From Tubiluchus corallicola (Eukaryota > Animalia > Priapulida), in the NCBI GenBank assembly GCA_030141605.1, contig JAQGDQ010000001.1, forward strand, positions 372,001 through 436,000: 64,000 bases of DNA, written 5' to 3'. Positions 50,901 through 59,830 of this stretch are shown piece by piece. The position numbers and the translations under genes are program-made. Positions within the stretch are counted from its first letter, which is position 1; every line of letters starts with the position of its first letter. The notes beneath the pieces are model-generated. The model was not told the origin of the DNA and searched no databases. It saw only the letters and a program-made list of their open reading frames with translations.

Positions 50901-53700
50901 CCCTATATTCGAGCATAAATGAGTATTTTCAATTCTTGGGTTTTTTAAACAGTTATAGCTGTTTAATCATAACAATAAAGTGATTTATGTAATTTGTACT
51001 ACAAGACTTAGAGTACCACCAATATATAAACATAAAAAAGTAGCAAAAACAAGAAAGAGTAAGCACGACAGATTAAGCCATTAAGGAAGCATTGTCTGCT
51101 AGCAGAGAGCGGTAGGAACAAATTTTCAATATTAAAAAGTATTTTGTCAACCATTCTGGTTACAATCCTTTGAAAGGGGGAGGAGTGTCCCACAGTCACT
51201 ACCACTCCATAATTATAAGTAACTATAACATTTGTATTATATTACACTATTGTGATTATGTGTCGAGAAAATAAATAATTTTATTTTATGTAACGTGGGC
51301 ATTTCATAGTAAAGCGTATTTTGTCAATGACTAGGTTAAGGTCCACGAGTTACGAAGTGACAATTTACACCGTAGTTTCAAATTCAGTTTGGCGACGGTA
51401 TTTTATAAGGTCTAAGATACAGGCCAGGCTCAAAGGACCTATTTATTAAATATGAGTGCTTATTATACTATTAATAGATTAACTATTAATTGCTGTTAAA
51501 CATTGATAGGAAAGTCAGAAAAATAGTATTATGACCATATTTTTATTTAATATCTTGAAAAAATACTAGGCTAGTTTGATTTGTAATTAGTGCTTACACG
51601 TAATTTTATTGTCAAAAAAAGCAGATCACAGGAAGTGCGTTGAGAGCTGAATTCGAATCATGATTTTCAAAAATCTGTTCAATTGAAATTGTTAAATTGT
51701 TTCAGAAAACTGTCATAGAGATATACAGAGGTGCCGGTAATGATTTTGGTTTGCGTCTTTCACAAAGACTTTGGATGATATGGCATGTATTTGCAACTTT
51801 AGGGCGTTTTTTTTCTCTCGCAGTATGCCATCAAACGTTATACACATCGTACGAGATTTATTAATTAATTATTATAATCTTAATGTAAACATTGTAATAA
51901 TCTTGGCAATTCGGTGGCCTAGCGTCTAGGCGGTTGCCTTTAAGTAGTAGGTCCCTGGTTCAAATCCTAGTTATGACCCAACTTTTTCACATTTTTTCTT
52001 TCACCCGGTTTGTACCATCGTGTTAGACTTCTATTTTGAAAAAAAAATACGTACATTCACATGCATAGCCTCACTAAGTCCCTGTTAGTGTTGGTGAAAT
52101 GCTCATAATTATATGTATCACAACGAACTTCGATAACTGTACAGAGTTTCTCTTAGATTTTGTTTTTTCAAACGCAAAATAACTGCGCACTTCTTCAGCG
52201 ACTATCTCTTCACAAGCATAATCTAGGCATTTTCTCCATAGAGACAGAAACTGTGGACTTCAGCACGCTCTAGAAAAATCAATGTATTAGAGCATTCACT
52301 TTGCTAGTTGGACTTAATTAATGAGCGGATTTCGCCGCTCTCGTCATATTGAATCTGCCACTCCTAATAAATTTTACCGATCAAAGCATTTTGGTAAATG
52401 GGTTTACTAGGTTACTTCGTAGTGCAAACTATTGCAGTGGTGAATGCAGTTCCATGATTAACAAGTATAACTGATTCCACATATTGATTCAAATTGGTTA
52501 CTGACGACTGATTTAAATTTCAAATGTATAATGTCTAAGAATTATATGTTTCAGATTCGATTTCACATATCTAAATAGCATGGTTTTATGCATGTTATCA
52601 GTATACCTAGTGATGCATTTGACATTGCTAGCTTATTAATGTAAGACTATTATGATAAAATTTTCACATTTTGCATACAGCAAGAACGACATTAATTTGT
52701 TGAATATCTCTGAACACCCAATATATTTTTATTGTTTTTTATTTTAAAACAAATTTTTGGTTATCGCGGGATACCATTTTCTTATTTATTTCAAAACTTC
52801 GTTAGTTATTGTGGGGCATTTAGCAAACAAAGACTAGATAACTGTACTGTAAGGTACTAGATGATGACTCGATAGGCTCATATATGCATTATAATATTTC
52901 AGATTTTTCGTCTTAAGATTAAATTGGTGGGACGTTAGAGCTATTTTCGCAATTTTTTCAATTTTAATGTAAAACATACGGACTAAAGGAGCGAAAGAGT
53001 CAGAGCATACACTATAATTCTTATAATGAAAGAAGATCCATTATTAGATAAGCAGCTCCAGTAGAGCTACTTTCACATTTGTCTTTTTATCTGTAAAGCC
53101 TTAAGGCATCACATAAAGCAGGGAGCTTCCTTTGAAGAAAACCAAAGCTTTATTGTGTTTTTGTGACCGTCTAGATTATTCAGGCCTTGAAACCAATTTA
53201 GTATGTAAGCTGCAATATTTATATAATGGTGGTTCTCTAACTCTAAATCTAAATCTATAATTTTAAGCAATTTTAGGCACAAATTAGCTTGACTTTGATT
53301 TTATTTTTGTGCTCAGCAACAGGACAAATTGCACGGATAATTAGGCTTTATGCAGCCAGAACTTTTCTTTGTCTGTAATAATTGTAATGTCTTGTTGATG
53401 GTCTTGTATATATTTAGGTCCTTGTTTGCATGTGTGCCTATAGGTAAGAATACCCGCATCTATGTAAACGTCTGTCTTTTTATTTATATAATAATATTAC
53501 TTTATAAAAGGATATGGCCACTCGATGATCATCCTTGCACATTTCCGGATTGGGTTAGTTTCTTTCAGAAAGAACATTGATGTTGTGTCTGACGCTTTGT
53601 CGATGCATGGAAGCCCAAACTGTCCTTTTTTCTGAAAACCTCTCTCTCCACTGTCATCCATGCTGTCGGCCGTTAAGGTGGCCATCCTGAAAGGATCCAT
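1..53700 (-). CDS. cac: Cav2-type voltage-gated calcium channel alpha-1 subunit gene (cacophony/unc-2/CACNA1A-B-E orthologue); multi-exon span, 3' end outside window
   Basis: Spliced exons give four S1-S6 repeats, filter motifs TMEGW/TGEDW/TGEGW/TGENW (EEEE), [24 protein letters not shown]-hand GPHHLDEF and IQ-like [16 protein letters not shown]. Exon phases are mutually compatible. Confidence 0.97.
114..128 (-). CDS. cac: Candidate 15-nt C-terminal microexon (AKVSE)
   Basis: T-rich tract plus tag; GAG|gttagt; phase 0-0. Confidence 0.55.
2374..2442 (-). CDS. cac: Candidate 69-nt C-terminal exon ([23 protein letters not shown])
   Basis: cag / AAG|gtttgt, phase 0-0, coding-like composition. 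Confidence 0.55.
3666..3680 (-). CDS. cac: Candidate 15-nt C-terminal microexon (ESPLE)
   Basis: Pyrimidine tract plus cag; GAG|gtgtgt; phase 0-0. Confidence 0.55.
4070..4170 (-). CDS. cac: Cav2 exon, IQ domain ([26 protein letters not shown])
   Basis: GKIYA motif; cag / gtaagt. Confidence 0.94.
5042..5146 (-). CDS. cac: Cav2 exon, pre-IQ ([35 protein letters not shown])
   Basis: Translation; tag / gtatat. Confidence 0.94.
7171..7276 (-). CDS. cac: Cav2 exon, pre-IQ ([35 protein letters not shown])
   Basis: Translation; cag / gtaaga; alternative in-frame donor with exon end at 7138. Confidence 0.94.
7768..7864 (-). CDS. cac: Cav2 exon, EF-hand ([32 protein letters not shown])
   Basis: Translation; tag / gtgtgt; 97 nt. 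Confidence 0.95.
8098..8225 (-). CDS. cac: Cav2 exon, IVS6 end/EF-hand ([31 protein letters not shown])
   Basis: Translation; cag / gtgagt. Confidence 0.96.
8614..8761 (-). CDS. cac: Cav2 exon, domain IV pore and IVS6 ([14 protein letters not shown]...FLCSFL)
   Basis: Translation; cag / gtgaga. Confidence 0.95.
9860..10802. mobile_element. Degenerate non-autonomous DNA transposon with imperfect TIRs and subterminal repeats
   Basis: Left end GGGAGGACGTGGCATT and right end AATGTCATGTCCCCC; repeated GACAYTTGGGC motifs on the left with inverted GCCCAAGTG on the right; TSD unclear. Confidence 0.55.
10846..11053 (-). promoter_or_regulatory. Predicted pre-mRNA structure pairing with the GC 5' splice site of turret exon B
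   Basis: Perfect 13-bp inverted repeat 11041-11053 / 10846-10858 and 17/18 inverted repeat 11024-11041 / 10950-10967. Confidence 0.7.
11051..11142 (-). CDS. cac: Cav2 domain IV turret exon, copy B ([31 protein letters not shown]), GC donor
   Basis: 92 nt, phase 0 to 2, paralogous to copy A; tag acceptor, CAG|gcaagt donor. Confidence 0.9.
11687..11778 (-). CDS. cac: Cav2 domain IV turret exon, copy A ([31 protein letters not shown])
   Basis: 92 nt, phase 0 to 2; aag / gtgagt. Confidence 0.9.
12616..12681 (-). CDS. cac: Cav2 exon, IVS5 ([22 protein letters not shown])
   Basis: Translation; cag / gtattc. Confidence 0.95.
14016..14132 (-). CDS. cac: Cav2 exon, IVS4 ([32 protein letters not shown])
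   Basis: Cav2-typical IVS4 sequence; cag / gtaatt. Confidence 0.96.
14803..14871 (-). CDS. cac: Candidate 69-nt cassette exon, IVS3-S4 linker ([23 protein letters not shown])
   Basis: TGC-rich tract plus aag acceptor; TTG|gtaaat donor; phase 0-0, stop-free. Confidence 0.5.
15373..15396 (-). CDS. cac: Candidate 24-nt microexon, IVS3-S4 linker (SAIDGSKQ)
   Basis: Long pyrimidine tract plus tag; CAG|gtgagg donor; phase 0-0. Confidence 0.65.
15911..15994 (-). CDS. cac: Cav2 exon, IVS3 ([28 protein letters not shown])
   Basis: Translation; tag / gtatga. Confidence 0.95.
18886..18996 (-). CDS. cac: Cav2 IVS1-S2 loop/IVS2 exon, copy B ([37 protein letters not shown])
   Basis: 111 nt, phase 0-0, paralogous to copy A; cag / gtactc. 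Confidence 0.9.
19441..19551 (-). CDS. cac: Cav2 IVS1-S2 loop/IVS2 exon, copy A ([37 protein letters not shown])
   Basis: 111 nt, phase 0-0; cag / gtaagg. Confidence 0.92.
20554..20718 (-). CDS. cac: Cav2 exon, III-IV linker and IVS1 ([12 protein letters not shown]...[19 protein letters not shown])
   Basis: Translation; tag / gtatga. Confidence 0.95.
21037..21341. mobile_element. hAT (Charlie-like) MITE
   Basis: TIRs CAGTGGTTTCCAAA / TTTGGGAACCACTG; perfect 8-bp TSD GCCTAGAT at 21029-21036 and 21342-21349. Confidence 0.92.
21595..21796 (-). CDS. cac: Cav2 exon, IIIS6 ([26 protein letters not shown]...DKNQ)
   Basis: Translation; tag / gtattt. Confidence 0.95.
22030..22173 (-). CDS. cac: Cav2 exon, domain III pore ([13 protein letters not shown])
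   Basis: Translation; tag / gtaact. Confidence 0.95.
22393..22553 (-). CDS. cac: Cav2 exon, IIIS5 ([39 protein letters not shown]...)
   Basis: Translation; cag / gtaagt. Confidence 0.95.
22953..23061 (-). CDS. cac: Cav2 exon, IIIS4 ([27 protein letters not shown])
   Basis: Translation; two in-frame acceptors (exon start 23061 or 23052); gttagt donor. Confidence 0.93.
23284..23390 (-). CDS. cac: Cav2 exon, IIIS3 ([33 protein letters not shown])
   Basis: Translation; cag / gtaatc. Confidence 0.95.
23488..23677 (-). CDS. cac: Cav2 exon, IIIS1-S2 ([19 protein letters not shown]...EMALK)
   Basis: Translation; cag / gtaagc. Confidence 0.95.
23770..23850. repeat. Degenerate pentanucleotide repeat (AGTTC/AGTTT/GATTT)
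   Basis: Visible periodicity. Confidence 0.6.
24167..24293 (-). CDS. cac: Cav2 exon, end of II-III linker ([19 protein letters not shown])
   Basis: Conserved PKPMLPY..F..S.TNP motif; tag / gtaagt. Confidence 0.92.
25012..25136 (-). CDS. cac: Cav2 exon, II-III linker ([24 protein letters not shown]...DS), probable GC donor
   Basis: Phase 2 acceptor; only CAG|gcaggt gives the phase 1 needed by the next exon. Confidence 0.65.
25232..25368 (-). CDS. cac: Cav2 exon, II-III linker ([31 protein letters not shown]...)
   Basis: Phase 0 to 2, stop-free; tag / gtatgt. Confidence 0.8.
25718..25842 (-). CDS. cac: Cav2 exon, IIS6 end ([26 protein letters not shown]...)
   Basis: Translation; donor TTG|gtttgt in phase 0. 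Confidence 0.9.
25843..26038 (-). other. U12-type GT-AG intron within IIS6
   Basis: Donor GTATCCTTT, branch-like TTTCTTGAT about 12 nt from the 3' end, no polypyrimidine tract before TAG. Confidence 0.85.
26039..26159 (-). CDS. cac: Cav2 exon, domain II pore and IIS6 ([20 protein letters not shown]...LFGN)
   Basis: Translation; ends at U12 donor T|GTATCCTTT. Confidence 0.95.
26218..26997. mobile_element. Possible degenerate MITE (Harbinger-like termini)
   Basis: CAAAACACTGTCAGT near 26238 is inverted as ACTGACAGTGTTTTG near 26963; right end GTGTGGACAGCCT. Confidence 0.4.
27164..27236 (-). CDS. cac: Cav2 exon, domain II turret ([24 protein letters not shown])
   Basis: Translation; cag / gtaaat. 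Confidence 0.95.
27650..27781 (-). CDS. cac: Cav2 exon, IIS5 ([43 protein letters not shown])
   Basis: Translation; cag / gtgagt. Confidence 0.95.
27900..28009 (-). CDS. cac: Cav2 exon, IIS3-S4 ([17 protein letters not shown])
   Basis: Translation; tag / gtaagt. Confidence 0.95.
28145..28257 (-). CDS. cac: Cav2 exon, IIS2 ([22 protein letters not shown]...FNIFDCV)
   Basis: Translation; cag / gtatgg. Confidence 0.95.
29005..29217 (-). CDS. cac: Cav2 exon, end of I-II linker and IIS1 ([29 protein letters not shown])
   Basis: Translation; tag / gtatgt. Confidence 0.93.
29748..29855 (-). CDS. cac: Cav2 exon, I-II linker ([36 protein letters not shown])
   Basis: Phase 1-1; tag / gtaagt. Confidence 0.9.
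29902..30401. mobile_element. MITE with TIRs and subterminal repeats
   Basis: Left GGCAAAAATGGCACGGTAAAAAAGGCACAGG; right CCTGTCATTTTTACCTGTGCCATTTTTGCC (inverted). Confidence 0.75.
32705..32915. repeat. (GA)n microsatellite
   Basis: Direct reading. Confidence 0.97.
34836..34871 (-). CDS. cac: Candidate 36-nt cassette exon, I-II linker ([12 protein letters not shown])
   Basis: ttttccag acceptor, G|gtaagt donor, phase 1-1, stop-free. Confidence 0.65.
36307..36366 (-). CDS. cac: Cav2 exon, I-II linker ([20 protein letters not shown])
   Basis: Invertebrate Cav2-like post-AID peptide; cag / gtacgt. Confidence 0.92.
37603..37718 (-). CDS. cac: Cav2 exon, I-II linker AID ([38 protein letters not shown])
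   Basis: Beta-subunit binding AID consensus; cag / gtaagt. Confidence 0.96.
38132..38235 (-). CDS. cac: Cav2 exon, IS6 ([35 protein letters not shown])
   Basis: Translation; cag / gtaagt. Confidence 0.95.
38404..38612 (-). CDS. cac: Cav2 exon, domain I turret and pore ([15 protein letters not shown])
   Basis: Translation; tag / gtaagt. Confidence 0.95.
39477..39629 (-). CDS. cac: Cav2 exon, IS5 ([38 protein letters not shown]...)
   Basis: Translation; tag / gtaact. Confidence 0.95.
43407..43510 (-). CDS. cac: Cav2 exon, IS4 ([22 protein letters not shown])
   Basis: S4 arginine repeat; cag / gtatgt. Confidence 0.95.
44152..44291 (-). CDS. cac: Cav2 exon, IS2-IS3 ([47 protein letters not shown])
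   Basis: Translation; tttcag / gtaagt. Confidence 0.96.
44490..45285. mobile_element. Non-autonomous repeat with internal degenerate tandem units, Helentron/HINE-like
   Basis: Recurrent GTTTCGYGACTCTAG and TTTCACATTTTGG blocks, GC-rich hairpin-like end, (TAA)n tail. Confidence 0.5.
46450..46632. repeat. Purine-rich (GA) low-complexity tract
   Basis: Direct reading. Confidence 0.75.
48529..48634 (-). CDS. cac: Cav2 exon, IS1 ([35 protein letters not shown])
   Basis: Translation; AC acceptor, gtacgt donor; 106 nt. Confidence 0.95.
48670..48850. repeat. (CAC/CAT/CAA) low-complexity trinucleotide tract
   Basis: Direct reading; explains the His- and Thr-rich pseudo-ORFs. Confidence 0.8.
51905..51979 (+). 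mobile_element. tRNA-derived SINE head or tRNA pseudogene
   Basis: A-box-like TGGCCTAGCG and B-box GGTTCAAATCC at tRNA spacing; acceptor and anticodon stems poorly paired. Confidence 0.6.
53516..53700 (-). CDS. cac: Cav2 first coding exon (N-terminus ...[22 protein letters not shown])
   Basis: Typical Cav N-terminal motif ending at U12 donor CC|ATATCCTTTT. Start Met uncertain (53700 or 53685; the latter follows a possible acceptor tttcag|G). Confidence 0.88.
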
Positions 53701-56700
53701 AGTGTTTAGCAACAGAAGTTTAATGTGTCGATCGAACAAACAAGTAACACAATACCACATGTAAAGACACTAAAAATACACAAATTCTCAGTGTTTTCTT
53801 GCAGTTTTTTCATCGTTAATCGCGAAGGCAATACCACCGAGAGAGCCTGCGCATCCATATCAACGCATTATGCTAGCATTCACTATAGCTGCTACAACTA
53901 CAGCTGGCAAATAAAGGCAGCCATCCGCAGTGGCCATATTATCGATCTCACGTGTGAACCAATGATGGTTCAAAAAGGGCATATCTAAAATGGCTTCTCT
54001 GCTCTAGAAAACTCTAGACAATACGTGCGACATATTTACAGTTAAAGACAATCAGGATGGCATACTTTGCAGTGGCTAAATTGTTCCATTTAGAAGACTG
54101 GATATCATAAAACAATGCTGCTTGTACCTGTACTTTACAGCGTTCCCTACGCTTCCCAATAGAACTGCACACCTATTGATTAATGCGATGCCATTAAACA
54201 TTAACGAAGCTAGAAGTGTCACATGGTACGTTAGTTCTGTATATATAGTCGCAATCTATTACACCATTGACGGAAGATACCTTTTTATGGCTAGGGCATG
54301 CACACTTAGACAAGTGTTCGTAGGTTAACTAACATCAAAAAAGTCATTAAGAATTAGAGACTGATCAGACTTTTATTTATCATTACGGTGATGAAGACTT
54401 ATGTAACATGATCAGTCTACGATGCTGTACATATGCGATAATTGTATCTATTCATTTTACCGTCGTACTTGGGCATGATAAATTTAACAATTTGTCTCAA
54501 TACCGTTGTTTTACTTTTATCTTAATGAAGGCCATTTGCAATGTGTAAGTCCAACCAATAAATAAGGTCCGAAACAAATGTATAACAAGACTGTTTATAG
54601 AATTTTTTCATGTTAATTTGTAGGCATTTGTTGACAAAAAAACGGGGAGGAAAATAAAAATTAACATTATAATCTACCTTCGTCTGTTAGAATTTTTTCA
54701 ACAGTATTTTCCTTGGCGTAATTTAGGCTTTTTGAGGAAATTTTGCGTAGAATTAACATACTAATCCAGATCCAGCAAAGTTTGTTCTTCAACATTTCCG
54801 ACAGCGACAATTTTTTATTTTTCTATTTTTTTGCTTTTGATGAAATTGAATTTATTTCAAGTGGTAAAACGTCTTCTGTATATTTGTTATTTCGGAAAAA
54901 ATATTTAGAATTTTGGCACGAAGTTTAGTTAAAATTTATATTTGGTCTTATCACTCACCTTACAACCTTATTTTAGGACTAACTTAGCTTTAGCTATAAG
55001 GATAAATTGTCAAAATGTAAAATTAATGTTCAGGTAGTGGTGAACGTGTAATTCAAAAATATCAAAAAAAATTATTAACTGATTACATTACAACTATTAA
55101 ATTTTTATTAGCATACTATAACCAGCAACAAACGAAATTCTATATAAGAACAGCAAAAGAAATTTTCATCTTTACATGCTTGTTTGTGTTTTTTAATTAC
55201 ATTTTTGAATAATTACAATTTATTTATTCAATGAGTTAAAACTATTACATATTGCACATAAAATTTGCTCACATTTTTTAAAATACGTTCTTCCTACATA
55301 TAAAACAATAAAACTACAATAAAGGCATTCAAAAAAGGAGAGGATGAAGTAAAATGTTATGTTTTTCTTCCCCTTTTAGTTATCGCTAATTTGTGACTTT
55401 ACTATCTACGATTATTGGTTATACATTATATTACATTATATTGTATGTGTTTGTGTAAATAAAAATGTACGCAACATTGAGCGTCTCGACCTTTAACTTC
55501 AAGCATTTTTCGCATTTGTATAGGGAAGCTTTTGTTAAAATATGCGCAGTGAGCAATCATCAAACAGCCTACAACATACAGAGCACAGAAACGCTGCAGT
55601 TATAGAACTTCAGGTGTCGCCTGCTTCCAGTAATTGAAAGAAGCCTGTATCAGGCTTTCTTACAGGGCTTCAGTGTTGGTGTACCGTACACGGTTTTTTT
55701 GCCAGATGAAAATTGTTCATCAGCAATATCGGTTTATTATCATTATTTGTCATGGTTAAGAGCAAGGCTCGAGAAAAATGTCTTTATCTACCATAATAAT
55801 TATCATGCCATTGTCAATGAAACGATAATGTCGAAGGATAAATATAAAAACTCTGTAAGAGTACTGCGTGTTTAGAGTACACAAGTCGTGAATTTCATAT
55901 AGATGTGGATAAAATAAGAGATTTTTATGCTGTAATCTGCAAAAACAGTCATCAAAATGACTACCAATTAGTACTAATAAATTATACGTTGAATCTGTAG
56001 GCAAAAACATTAGGCCCACATTAATTTTTTAGCAGGTAACGACAGTTCGTGGCTAAAAAAGAATCCCATGTTCAAAAAAACTTGTCTTTACTATAGTCCA
56101 TCAGCCATACCTCTGCCTCCCAAAAGAAAAACATATTTTGGTACCACCCGCAGGGACAAAATGTTGTTTTTGAAAGCCTTGTGTAGATAATGAAACTGAC
56201 TGATAAATCTTCACTATAACTCACAGCTTAGTGGCATCAATCACTCTGAAGTTTGGTCCTTGCGTCAGATATGATTAGCCATACTTAGGGGTAGGGAAAA
56301 TGTAATTTACGTCAATTTTTCTGTAACCACTAACTAACACGTGACCCCTCAAAATGTTAGTTGCAATATAAGCCATACACTTGATGCTTGATGTTGTTTT
56401 TGGGTCACCAAAGGTCAAAATATCACAGAATTTGAGCCATTTGATTCCAATCCCAAAATTTGGACACCGGTACAGCAAAATAGTGAAAAAAATCGCTGGC
56501 TAAGCCCTAGAAGCATGGAAACATTGCAAAGTGCTAGATTAAGGTGATTAATTATAGAAAGGGGCTAATTGAAAATCATCGAGTATGATCACCATTTTTA
56601 AGATGGCTGACAACCTGGCACCTGCTAGCTTACAAAAGTCATATTAGAGCAGACAGGATGATGATTTTGGTCAAGGAATCCATATCTGATGCTTAGAAAC

Positions 56701-56969
56701 TCCCTATAACGTCACCGCCATCCTATAACGGTCAAATACAGCTGCATCGTGTTATATATTAGCTATATCACTTCTTCAAGTACAAATAATTTTAATGTCA
56801 GGGTATAGGTTTTTAATAGTTGAAGAATTCATTACCACTAAGTAAAATTTCTCAAGGCATCATTTCACTGAGATACCTAGACGGCTGTTAGTGCACCTCA
56901 GAGAAATGGTAGTTAGACAATCACTTGGTTTCTCAGTCAGTCGGACAGCCAGCTAACCAGCCGGCCACG

Positions 56970-57332
56970 TAGATAGATAGATAGGTAGGTAGGTATGTAA
57001 GTAGGTAGGTAGGTGGATAAGTAGGTAGGTAGGTGGATAAGTAGGTAGGTAGGTGGATAGGTAGGTAGGTAGGTGGATAGGTAGGTAGGTAGGTAGGTAG
57101 GTAGGTAGGTAGGTAGGTAGGTAGGTAGGTAGGTAGGTAGGTAGGTAGGTAGGTAGGTAGGTAGGTAGGTAGGTAGGTAGGTAGGTAGGTAGGTAGGTAG
57201 GTAGGTAGGTAGGTAGATAGGTCGGTCGGTCGGTCGGTCGGTCGGTAGGTCGGTCGGTCGGTCGGTCGGTCGGTCGGTCGGTCGGTCGGTAGGTAGGTAG
57301 GTAGGTAGGTAGGTAGGTAGGTAGGTAAGTAG

Positions 57333-57365
<33 letters not shown>
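56970..57365. repeat. Compound tetranucleotide microsatellite (AGAT/AGGT/CGGT/AAGT)n
   Basis: Direct reading. Confidence 0.97.
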
Positions 57366-57554
57366 AAATTAAGTACGTGAATAAATAAGTAAAAGAAAAA
57401 TTTATTTCAGATTAATCCACCTATAAAAAGCCGAGGCAGTGCCATCAAAAGTAATTTTCCTGGTGGTCGCAGATCTGATTATTAACCAGGATATGCTTAG
57501 CTGTATATGCCATGACTGATCACCTATTCCATCCCGCTAAACTACATAAACTAC

Positions 57555-58650
57555 GTATATGTGTGACCCGAGTTGCCGGATCAAAGGTCGTGGAGCGGGC
57601 GGGTCTTTATTTATTTTTCTTTAGGATCCATCTGCTCCTATAGTTTTTGAGCTAGGGCAACAATATTTCGTATGTGGTTAGGTGGGGCTAAGTTCTTGGG
57701 TCACTTGGAGGGCAAAACATTTCTGGGAAAAGTTATCTATGCATACATGTGACCCGAGTTGCCGGTTCAAAGGTCACGGAGCGAGTGGGTCTTCATTTAT
57801 CTTTCTTTATGATCCATCTACTCCCATAGTTTTTGAGCTAGGGCCACAAGATTTGGTATGTTGCTAAGCGGGGTTGCGCCCTGGTTCGTGACATGGGACG
57901 TGCGCATAGGAAAATTTTCCGTTAGGGGCAAAAACCGAAAAATGGGGGTCGCAAACAGAACTGCACCGAGTGTCGAGAAGTGGTACCTTGTAGCATATCA
58001 AATGAAAGGTCTCGATGAGACGAATCGAACGACATGGGCTACAATGAAAATGGTCAATCCATAACCCCACTAGGGGGCAAAATGGGGATCGAAAGGACAA
58101 ATGTTTTCCAGTGTCAACCGAAACTATCTTCTAATACATCAAACGGATGGTCTCGATGAGGCAAATTGAATGGTAATAATTTACCCTGAGATAGGTTGAT
58201 TTCTGACCCGCGTAGAGGGCAAAACCAAAACAACGGGGTCGAAAAGAAAAGTGCAAAAAGCGTTGAACAGTACTACTATGTAGCGTATCAAATGAAAGGT
58301 TTCGAAGAGACGAATCGAATGGCATATGTTACAATGAGAATGGTTAACCTGTAAACTCTCTAGAGGACAAAGTAGGGTTTAAGGAGATAAACGTCTTCCT
58401 GTGTCAACTGAAACTAGCTTGTAGTACATCAAATAAAAGGTCTCAACAAGACAAACTAAATGATATAAGTTACGCGAAGATTGGTTGATCCCTAACCTAA
58501 ATATGGGCAAAATAAGGGTTAACGAAACGAATTGATCCCTGTGTCGACCGCGCTAGCTTGGACGACATCAAAAGAAATGTCTCAATGAGACAGATTGAAT
58601 GGCATAAGCTATGCCGAGATTGGACGACCTCTGGCCCCTGGGTCACAGGT
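57555..58650. repeat. Degenerate tandem array inside a probable non-autonomous element
   Basis: Two ~190-bp units (GTGACCCGAGTTGCCGG...ATAGTTTTTGAGCTAGGG), then five ~140-150-bp units containing ATCAAATGAAAGGTCTCGATGAGAC-like cores. Confidence 0.75.
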
Positions 58651-58782
58651 TAAAATTTTACAAAATGCCATTGCATTATGAAGTGCAGTTCCTATGCATT
58701 CAAGCAATACAAATTCAATAAAACAAAGTTGGAACTTTAAGTTGGTGTCTTTTCAGTGTCCATTTCTGTAACTACTGACTGT

Positions 58783-59223
58783 ATTGTTTGCAAAATCCTC
58801 AGTTTCTGACCACGTCAGAAACATTGTCAACTAGAATTATTACTATTATTAATATTATTATTTATACTCCGCAACTTTAACGCTTAATAACCCGTGAGCC
58901 TTGGAAGCTAGGATCGCCAAACTCACAGGGTTATTATACACCTGGGCGGGGGGACGAACAAAGTCGGTTAGTTTTTCCTTTAGGTTGCATCTCCTCCTAG
59001 GGCTCTATGTTTTTGCAGTTTTTTCCACAAGTATGTGGGTACTGTGGGTAGATGTGCACCTGGGGTTTTAAAAAGCTGACAAGCTTTAAACGCCTGAGGG
59101 AGGGGCCAAAATCAAAACTATAGTTTTTAAGCAAAGGGGTAACGTCTTTACAAGGTCCAAATCTGTAAATATTGTCTGCAAAATCTTCAGTTTCTGATTA
59201 CGCCAGAAACATTGTCAACTAGT
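58783..59223 (+). mobile_element. Helitron/Helentron-like non-autonomous element with terminal direct repeats
   Basis: ~52-bp direct repeats containing hairpin TTTCTGA..TCAGAAA followed by CATTGTCAACTAG; (ATT)n after the first copy. Confidence 0.65.
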
Positions 59224-59489
59224 TTATTTATTGATATTTATACATATATTAAAAGGGTGTAAAAAGAAAGAATCAGCAGGCGGAAGCGCACTGGTCCTAT
59301 AAAACATAAAATGGTGCACAAAAATAAAATCTATAAAAACAATACCGTAAGATTGAAAACATCTCGTTAAAAGACTTCTAATAAAATTGCAATTAAATAT
59401 GAATTGTGTACAATATGTAACAAGTTTTATACAATAACATGGTTTGAGAGAACCAAGTAAGCCTGTGACAATTTGACAGGTTTCGGATA

Positions 59490-59830
59490 AAGTTGCAATA
59501 AGGCAGCAAATTCACATTAGTTAATCCATTGCTAAAAACTGACAAACTAATAGCATCAGCTACACGAGAATCCAAAGCATTCCAAATGTTTACATTTGAG
59601 AATGAGAATTTTGAGACGTTTAATCTGAAAAAGACGTAAACAATTTAAAATTGTGACCACGCTAGTCATTGGCTGAAGCATACTGGAAAAAGTCATCAAA
59701 ATCTAAACCCACCGTTTTATGACAAATTTTGTAAACCATCTTAAGATCACAAACAAGGTGTTTTAATTCGAGTGGCTGCAATTTTATTTCCGACAGCCTG
59801 TCTAACCAAGAAATAATTGAACTGAAACAT
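59490..59830 (-). mobile_element. CR1/L2-like LINE ORF2 3' fragment, frameshifted
   Basis: Broken translation RLSEIKLQPLELKHLVCDLKMVYKI...RGHNFKL...RLNVSKFSF..VNIWNAL resembles the CR1-group ORF2 C-terminus. Confidence 0.75.

Larger units (their letters stand above)
48635..53515 (-). other. U12-type AT-AC intron
   Basis: 5' end ATATCCTTTT, branch-like TTCCTTAAT, 3' end GTTTAC|G; joins IIEWP to PFEY in frame. Confidence 0.93.

Noticed and set aside
51905-51979. Functional tRNA
   Set aside because: Promoter boxes present but cloverleaf stems mismatched; better explained as a SINE head.
54358-54418. Hairpin AGACTGATCA...TGATCAGTCT as a pre-miRNA
   Set aside because: Only 10 bp at the base pair well; the interior has large loops.
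57990-58620. CRISPR-like repeat-spacer array
   Set aside because: Units are long and degenerate with homologous spacers, in a eukaryotic context with no cas genes.
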